A stretch of 64,000 bases of DNA, taken from NCBI RefSeq assembly GCF_963853765.1, contig NC_088858.1:11346001-11410000 (forward strand). Reading direction: 5' to 3'. Numbering within the stretch: the first letter of the stretch is position 1; each line of letters opens with the position of its first letter. The notes below the pieces were generated by a model, which had not been told where the DNA came from, made no database searches, and saw only the letters and a program-made list of their open reading frames with translations. Shown in pieces: positions 55,728 through 64,000 of the stretch. The stretch comes from Magallana gigas (lineage: Eukaryota). The position numbers were made by a program, and so were the translations under genes.

Positions 55728-58700
55728 TTAAAATTGTCCATCGCCAAACAGCATGTCGAGCGCTGCCTGTAGGTCCCCACCTGTGGCCTGCAGAGCTCGC
55801 CTTGCCAAGGCCTCATCTGTGATTCCCATGTCTCTAAGCTGTTGGAGCTGAGTTTGTAACAAACTGCCCTATAATGGTAAATGTATTACAATGTGTAGTA
55901 CTTGATTAATAATAGAAAAAATTATTTTCATTTTACATTTATTTATATAAACTACAATAATATTATATACTGTAGAAGCACATATTTCGTTGGATTAAAC
56001 TTTTGTTGTTTCTGAACCAAATGAAATTTCGTTGGCATTTAATTTTGTCATATCGTAACCTCTAAAGTGTACCACGTATCAACTCTGTATTAATTAATAC
56101 CTTGGTTAAAAATTCGTCATGGATTTAAATTCGTTGATTTAAAATGCCAACGAAAATAACGAATATTTCTGCTTCTACAGTATAAATGAACCATAAGAAA
56201 ATCAGAGCTAATTATAACTGCTATAAATTTAGCATGAACACGGTGAGGGGTTTCTTTGTTCTTTGTATAGTTGGATCTTACCTGGTTACCGTTAGTTGCC
56301 TCCTGTGCCTGTCTGATGGCTTGCTGGAAAAAGTCTGCTGTTATTGCACCAGGTAAAATGTTCTGTAATGGCTGAAACAAATATAAGGAACTAAATTAAT
56401 AGCAGTCTTTGACATTACGAAGTTCTTTCTATCGATAAATGAAGTAACAATCAATTACGTTACCTTGTCATAGACTATTGTCTTATCATTAAACTTCCGA
56501 ATTTAATGTCAGACTTTACTTTCATCAACATTGATGTATGTGCTGATACTAAATATTTTGACCTACTTGATTAGTGGCGCCCCCTTGAGTTGCTGATGCT
56601 AAAGCTGCAGCCAGCTGTGATGGAGTGATTCCCCCTGACTGTAACGAATAAACATCAGAAAATATTCATTCATGATACCAAAATGCCTAAAGACATTGTC
56701 ATGTTTGGGAGCTTATGGCTAACATTCCACTCCCCTCCCCATAAAAAATTGTGGAGTTGTGTTGTGAAAAACCCCTGGCTAGTCAAGACATGCCATTGTC
56801 TGATTTACCAAAATATATGATATGGGAAAATTCTAATATAAATCAATTATCTAAAAGCAAGTTTCATAGAAAGGTGAACAAACTTTGTATTTCCCCTGAT
56901 GTTGATTACCGGGTATTTTGTGGTATTGGTACATGTATATTCTATCCTTGGATATAAATGTAATTCATACACATTCCCATACCAGTGATATCAACACATC
57001 TGTATCTCATTTTCACCATATTAAAAATCAACATATTTCTGGGTATAGTTAAACATAGATTAGAATATAAATTACATACACTTGGACCTGGTCTGTTAGC
57101 TATTGAATCGTCTTCATCATCTGACATCTGATCTAAGTAGTAAGAGCCTGAAAAAAGATTCCATGGTTTCAAAAGCATGCCAAAGTACATTTAATCAGGA
57201 AATTATGCTAGCTGGATCAAAGAAAATTATACATTTTGATGACATATTTGTGATTTATTATTGATATCAAGAGCAGATAAACCTGTAGTGATTCTGTCGG
57301 CGTCCCTCCCTGACCCCTCCTCATTGACCACCTGGCATACCGACAAAGCTGCATGTCCAAAAGCAGGATGCTTGCTGACCACTCTGAAAATTGATTTTAA
57401 TTACTGGTACAATAGAGGAATGACTTCAAACATGGGTAACGTGGAAAGTTTAAGAGCAGATGCTGCAGCGGAGTCTTGAAAATACATGTACTTGGAACCA
57501 GGGTCAAAATGATCTTTATAAAATCTAAAGCAATTTTTGTACAAATTATCCACCCAAAATTAAGTCTTAAAAATTATATTTTATACATGTATTGCTATTT
57601 GATATCAGCAATTATACAATAACACTGGCAGTTGGGAGATGACCATAAAAACTAGTGTTATAAGAGCTTACTCTTTGATGTTTTCTGGATGAGAGAGTAT
57701 TGCCAAGAGTTCTTGGTCTTGTAGCATGGCTAAAATAAAAGAACATGTAGTAAAATCCTAAAACCATTACACTTTTTACATCCATCACATCTTTATTTGC
57801 AACAGAACCTAAAGAAAAGATACATATAATTTAAGATATTATAGAGTACATTCAAATTACAGAATATTTTAATTTGAAATGTTGACCAGTATTATTATCA
57901 GATAAGTAACCGATACTTAATATTTCTCTTTGTTGAAATACTAAATTATTTTTGCAATTTATAAAAACAGGTTGATCATATTTGTAAGGTCACATCTACA
58001 TGTATGCGTACTTACATAGAGCAACTGGGTCATTTTCTAGCCCAGGAGTGGCTGAAATTAAACGCTCTAAAGCATCCGGACTATTCAACATTCTTTCAAT
58101 CTAAAGGACAAAAAAACATACACTGCAATCAGCAACCAAGTGTGTCATTATAAACTTATACTGATAGTTTTCCTCTGTTTGAGCATGTGGTACAAATGGT
58201 GAGAATTTAATTCTAGCTTTTACTTACTGTGCTTTTACAGGAAGGTTTAAGTAAAGCTGACTGTAATGTTATCACTAACTGCCTCATGGCAGCATCAGAC
58301 ATCTTTTCTGAAAGAAAAAAATAAATAAATGAAATACTTTTAATACACATGCCTTGTCATGAACACTTAGCAAATCTGTCAATAAGAAATTTTAATTTTA
58401 AAGATGAAAACTTGAGTGTACTGAGAATGTAAATTCCTATAAAATTGATGGTTTGGTACTTGTGTTCTAGCAATACCCATATTATGTAGGATTAGAGATA
58501 TGGAAATATATTATACACAATTTTTTTGATTTGAAAACTACATGTAGCATGAAATCATTAAAGTATTTGGTTGCTTTATTAGTCCAAGATGATTGGGATG
58601 GCCGCAGATTTGCATGGTCATCCTAAATTTCTATGTATTATTTCATAAAGGTTAAGTAAGTAAATTTCTAGGGAACATTTCATAAAAGTTAAATCATTGA

Positions 58701-60600
58701 GCATTTCAATACCTGGAGATTTTGCTGGTTCTTTGTTGTACCTTTTCACCAAATACAAAGTGACTCCATCCTTTAATCCATATGTTTCTAATGGCTTCTG
58801 ATCATCTAAACACTGTCCACAATATATAATATCTAGAGAAGAAATAAATCCAAAAAAAAATGTTGTCAGTATCAAAATATTTGCAATTAATAGAAATTTG
58901 TGCAATTTTTTACTCTGTTCTTGCCTATTTTTTTCTTTTGATGCACAAAAATCTGCACTTATATAGAAATGTTCTTATTTAAAGGACACAATATTATTGT
59001 ATGAAATTTTGTTGGAGTGGAAGAAAATGTGATTAACGGAGATCGAGGCTTACTGAACCTTATTCACATTTTTGTGTAAAGCATAAATATTGCTTACCGT
59101 ATATTTTGAAATAATAATCACGTGTTTTGTTTATCCTTCAAAATACAGTTGAACAATTGTTTTAAACCTCTAAAACAAATGAACTTGATAAATGTTGATG
59201 CATTTCTGCAATTGAAATGATGGGGTTATAACAGGGATGGACGATATAATGACGGACCAGGTCAGGATTTAAACCCAGGCCCCCTGAATCTCCTGTCAGG
59301 TGCTCTTTCAACTGAGCTATCTGGCACCTGTATTATAATTGTCTGATCTTCACATTAATAATTATCTTCGCCCTCGAAGATCACCCCAGTCTCTTTCCCC
59401 TGGCAGGAGTTAACATGTCAGTTCCAGGGGTTGGCATGGCACCATATGTAGTAAAACATCACCTACTTCAATTTAATTGAAATCAAGACTTGTAAATCCA
59501 CTTCATTATGATACGTACGCTATACAAGATCTAACAACATCCCGTATGGGGTCATCTCAGAGCGACCTTTTAATAATTGACATTAAAATGTCAGCCAATC
59601 AAATTAATTAAAGCTTCAATAAACAAGTTTTAAAATGGTTTGATTGGTTTATTTCTTACAACTCTAATGCTTGGTTGTTTACCATATGCAATGTTAAGTT
59701 TTTTTCTGAAATTAAAATATATTCCTTTGGTTGCAATTTATGCAAACAAAAATAACTTAAACTTGGAATTGACACAGACTTTTGTTCACTACAGGAGACA
59801 ATGCAGAATTTTATGTTTATTAATTAAAAAGCAGAAAGTATCCGACCTACCAGCGAAGATTTAGAAAGCAATGATCGATTTCATCAGCAGTTTGAAAGGT
59901 CACTCTGAGATGACACCGTCAGGATGTTGTTCGATCATGAATAGCGTATTATGAAGGAGCAGTTTTACAGATCTAATTTTGATTAGAATGAGCGGAATTG
60001 GAGAAATAATGAAATACCAGACTTGGTTTCAAACCCAGGCCCCCTGAATCTCTAGTCAGGTGCTCTACCCAGTCAGCTATCTGGTGCCAGTATTTGAACC
60101 GGTCTGACCATCACAGTGTAATAAAAAAATAACCTCACATCATATAGACAAGATCCCAATGCCTCTGAACTTCAGATAAATGCATGTGGGTATTTGTACC
60201 ATTGACCAAATATGCTATTGGTTTATTGGGTTACCTTTATTTGGCCAATGTAAGGAAAGTCAAATTTTGGGCTTTAATTGGTCATGCTTGTGCATGTGGC
60301 AATTTGGTTTTGGGGCAGGTGGCCTATTATAAATGTTATTCACTCCAATTTTCCCATCGACTATGTTAGTAAGCCGGTCACTATGGTTTTGATAAGATAT
60401 TATACTTTCTGATGGATCATTGAATATCTGTGCAAAAATGAAAACATCCATTACTCACCAAAATCGGATACTGGTCTTTTTATCCTCTTTGATATTCCGT
60501 CTTTCAAATTTTGAACTGAACTTTTAAAATTAATCGAATTTAATTTTACTTTTTCAGATTTTCCTGATTCAATTCGATTGCACACAGTTAAAGTGGTCAT
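55728..60600 (-). CDS. UBL7: Ubiquitin-like protein 7 (UBL + UBA), 318 aa, 10 exons (60600-60459, 58832-58713, 58307-58228, 58100-58016, 57729-57672, 57383-57283, 57147-57080, 56638-56567, 56371-56282, 55868-55728)
   Basis: UBL domain DIIYCGQCLDDQKPLETYGLKDGVTL, ATPGLENDPVAL, LQDQELL, SDDEDD, ITPSQLAAALA, ITADFFQQA, and UBA domain QLQQLRDMGITDEALARRALQATGGDLQAAL. All junctions are in phase (957 nt). Confidence 0.93.
55970..56180. mobile_element. ~210-bp TA-flanked MITE in the last UBL7 intron
   Basis: TA|CTGTAGAAGCACATATTTCGTT ... AACGAATATTTCTGCTTCTACAG|TA. Confidence 0.85.
59228..59452 (-). mobile_element. tRNA-related retroelement fragment (SINE- or TRIM-like), copy 1, in UBL7 intron 1
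   Basis: Minus strand GGTGCCAGATAGCTCAGTTGAAAGAGCACCTGACAGGAGATTCAGGGGGCCTGGGTTTAAATCC, with A box and degenerate B box. A second copy lies at 60000-60112. Confidence 0.7.
60000..60112 (-). mobile_element. tRNA-related retroelement fragment, copy 2, in UBL7 intron 1
   Basis: AGATAGCTGACTGGGTAGAGCACCTGACTAGAGATTCAGGGGGCCTGGGTTTGAAACC, colinear with copy 1. Confidence 0.7.
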
Positions 60601-61280
60601 TTTTTCAATATTGTAGATCTTTTTTGTTTGTCAACAGTCGACAACATATCACAGTAATGATAACTCCCGAGATGTTCCGAGTTTATCAACGTGAATCATT
60701 TGGTACATGGAATATTCGATCTGTACTTTCTTTTTCAAACGCATGCGCCTAATTTGAGGTCCGAAATTGCCGCGAAACACAACATTTACCCTCTCTCACC
60801 GAGACTTCTGTTAAAGTTTGGTAAGTTGAATGCAATGTAATTCAGATGTCAATACGATAAAGATAGTATTTATTTTTAGTGCTCTCTCGAACATTTGACC
60901 GTTCTTGCTCTCTGTCAGACTCTGTGGATAATAGATTATTGGGTCGGTTTGTATGTGGGACCAGAGACATAATAAGTTAATTATGTCTATGGTAGTACAC
61001 AGCCCATTCATTTGGTATTTTTACTTTCATTTGGTCATTCTATTGTAATTAACCCTTAGGCACAACCAACATCCATCGCAAAGATTTACACACAACAGGC
61101 CTATCATCTTACAACCATGAATCAACACATTCAAATTAATAGATGCAATGACACTTAGCTTTCCAAAATTATATCCTTGTGTTTCCTATCTTCATACCTG
61201 GCTTAATGGATGTAAAGGGTGCTGGTCACTTCGCTCCAAAGAGCCAAATCGCCCCATGCATTAGCGCCCCAATTTTTTGG

Positions 61281-62244
61281 AATGCTGGAGAAAACGTACC
61301 CAAGAGAAAACGTACCCAGGAGAAAACGTACCCAATTCCTAGGGTACGTTTTGGAGAAAACGTACCCTATAAAAATCATAAATAACAGTTTTAATAGATA
61401 TTCTGGGATGCAATAAAATAAATTATGCAATAAACATTTGTATAATTTTATTATTGTTGCTTTTGTTTTTATATAATTACGTACATTAATTAATTAGACA
61501 ATAATTGTGTTATATACAAATGCACAGACTTCGCCTGAGCAGTTTAATTAGTCGGCAATTAATCCATTGATATAAATGAAATCGTTAAAAAAATATAGAT
61601 CGACACAATAGTTTTGATTGCAATATAATTTGGAGAACTTAATAATGAGTATCTCGAGAAGTCGAGAGCGCGTTGTTTTTTTTCTCTCGATAGATATGAA
61701 TCAATTATTTGAAGAGTTTTTTTTTTCATTGTTAACAACTTTGAAAGTCTCATAAGTCTAATTACATTGAAATCACTAATATTTAAAGCAGAATGCTTAT
61801 AACAAACATGGTAAATTTATCAACTATTAAAAAATTATTTATGAAATAAAGTTGAAAATTTTGAGCTCAAATCATGTCCAAGTCCTTTAGATATTTAATC
61901 GATACATATAAGAAAACCCTTACGGGATCTATATTATTTAAAAGATATTATTTGTAAAAATTGTATATTCCTCTATATTTATTCATTAAAATATGCATTA
62001 AAGTAGTATTTAAAACTAATTGACATGTCCAAATCCTTAAAATACTCAACCGGTACATATATAAGAATTATTATTATGTAATTCAGATATCTATCAAATT
62101 CAAATATTCCTCTATATTAATGCAGTAAATTAGTTATTAAAACTATATAGCTTTATGTTTATTATATTTATAGGGTACGTTTTCTCCAAGAGAAAACGTA
62201 CCTGGGTACGTTTTCTCTTGGGTACGTTTTCTCCTGATACCATT
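61281..62244. mobile_element. Foldback-type MITE with subterminal GAGAAAACGTACCC arrays, nested in the MULE
   Basis: The left arm (61281-61372) is the inverse of the right arm (62168-62244). AT-rich interior. TTTTGG/TTTTTTGG is repeated at both flanks as a candidate TSD. Confidence 0.85.
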
Positions 62245-62959
62245 TTTTGGGGGGCGCCCCAGTTAAGTTTAACTAGCGCCCAAAGTACATCTCACGAGCA
62301 CCCCGAATGTTGGTTTCACCATGATTAATATTTTTTATGATTTTTTTTACTAGCGCCCCTAAATAAGTTATGCCATATATTATTTTGAATGTATTTTTTC
62401 GAATGCTCCAAATTGCTTTCATGATTGAATTTTTTTACAAGCGCCCCAAAATAAGTTTCACTACACAATATTTTGAATAATCTAGATTCCTAATTAAACC
62501 TGAGGATTAAAAACATCTACCTAAAATCGCAAGATGCACATCTAGGAAGTTTTAAAATCTTAATTTTATTTTTCTGACATGTTCACAACATGAAAGTACG
62601 ATACAAATTCGGCTTTGGCGATTTTATTTTGAATTTTTCTTCCAATTTGATGGAAAACGGTTGAATCGAATTCAGCACTCACGAAATTAAGTAATCTACA
62701 GTATTATGGGTGCCCCACATTTTAACAAAAATTAAAAATGCTGAAATAAAACGATGACGAATAGTTCCATAAACTGTTCTTTTTTTAATCAAAGCCCCCC
62801 CCCCCCCCCCCCCCCCTTACATCATATATTGTCCATCCATCCAGGTGTTGTGTGTTATTCCTTCGTTGATATTCGTACAATGGAGAAGTACCTACAGAAC
62901 AAGGGAGAATCTGCGACCAGAGGAGTAAAATCATGTGATGCGACTTCAACATAGCCTAT

Positions 62960-63695
62960 GGACTTCTGCAATCCTTCAATGGTCAGCGCCCCTGATATTT
63001 GCCAGCCAAGATCAACTCGACTTGCTTGCAGATGTCAACACATGATATGTGGACGGAACTTTCAAAGTTGTCTGACATCTGTTCATCCAGTTTTTTTCCA
63101 TACAGGGATTCCTTTGAAATCAACAGACACAGGTTCCACTTGCTTTTGTGCGAATAAGCCGGCACCAGACTTTGGACTATGTCAGAGTGTTTTATTGGAA
63201 AAATTACCATGAAGAGCAGCAGTACAACCTATCATGGCAGACTTTGAAAGAACAACATGGGCAGCATTGCGGAAAATAATTCCTGGGAAAGATTTCATTG
63301 GCTGTCATTTCCATCGGTGCCAGGCTGTATGGATGAAGGTACAGGAAGTGGAGTTGCAGGTTCAGTACAGTGAGGATATCAATATATACCACACAGTTCA
63401 CAGCATCTTTGCTCTGCCATTCCTGCCAGTCGCCAATGTGCAAGCCAGTTTTGATAACATCAGAGCCAATGCTGTGGCCAACGATAAGCTGGACCTCTTA
63501 TTTAGTGAAGCAGAGAAATTGCCACTCCAAAAACAGATGGTAGAGGACAGGTCATAGCAAGGAATACAGCAGAAAGATGTAAGAGACCACCAAAGACAGT
63601 ATGAGGACCTCTGGGGACAATTTGAGGAAAGACACCTCACGGACATCCAGTTCCTCCGCGGAATCACAAAAATATGTGGACCAAGTGGCCTATAG
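62960..63695 (+). pseudogene. MULE DDE transposase pseudogene
   Basis: LADVNT*YVDGTFKVV*HLFIQFFSIQGFL*..VPLAFV, then a frameshift to IMADFERTTWAAL....GCHFHRCQAVW.KVQ...ALPFLP. These are the MULE D, D and CxFH motifs, with several in-frame stops. Confidence 0.9.
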
Positions 63696-64000
63696 GTCCA
63701 AATTTACATCCCAGTGTGGCGTAAATGACACCATGTTTTATTAACCGCAAGTGAAAATAGAATCTTCCAAAAACTGCATGTAGACTTTAATTGTTTGAAG
63801 AAAAATAAACATGATTTGTTTCCATTGTCAATTATTATTGCAAGTGTAAACTGATTCTGGGCCCTGGAAGGGCGTTGTGTTCAACATGATAAGAACAGTT
63901 TGCAATGCAAATCTGTATAGTTGAAAGTGGGCCTGAAAGGTTATAGGTTTGGGATTTTTTAAAATAATTTTTTGAGCTATTCTAGAAAAGACTTCCTGAG

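Larger units (their letters stand above)
61217..64000 (+). mobile_element. Decayed Mutator/MULE transposon, probably continuing beyond the window
   Basis: Starts GGGTGCTGGTCACTTCGCTCC, has GCGCCCC subterminal repeats on both sides of a nested insertion, and carries a transposase relic downstream. Extent approximate. Confidence 0.6.

Noticed and set aside
59851-59970. Exon-like segment in UBL7 intron 1
   Set aside because: All three minus-strand frames contain stops, and exon 1 (60600-60459) already joins exon 2 in phase.
61179-61430. Three overlapping ORFs with repeated KTYP/ENVP peptides
   Set aside because: They are translations of the 14-bp subterminal repeats of the MITE.

Overview
AT-rich, intron-containing animal DNA. 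The repeat landscape looks like a bivalve, probably an oyster (inference from recalled repeat motifs, not a database hit). There is one assembly gap (3859-3995). I rebuilt eight spliced genes by hand from splice sites and exon phase. Six are recognisable: RIIAD1 (-), an Amt-family ammonium transporter (+), an SLC22 organic-ion transporter (-), mitochondrial CLPX (-), POLR3G/RPC7 (+) and UBL7 (-). Two + strand genes are uncharacterised (about 1513-8090 and 18989-20602). Between and inside the genes are many non-autonomous DNA transposons (TA- and TTAA-flanked MITEs, Helentron-like elements), tRNA-derived elements, a 25 x 40-bp satellite, and a decayed MULE transposon with a nested foldback MITE. 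I see no prokaryotic system, CRISPR array or clearly new multi-gene system. The best leads are TTAA-flanked TIR elements carrying a tRNA-type Pol III promoter, a wobble-biased hairpin and a GC-AG intron in CLPX, the history visible in the satellite, unclassified coding-like relics in the introns of the first gene, and two orphan genes.
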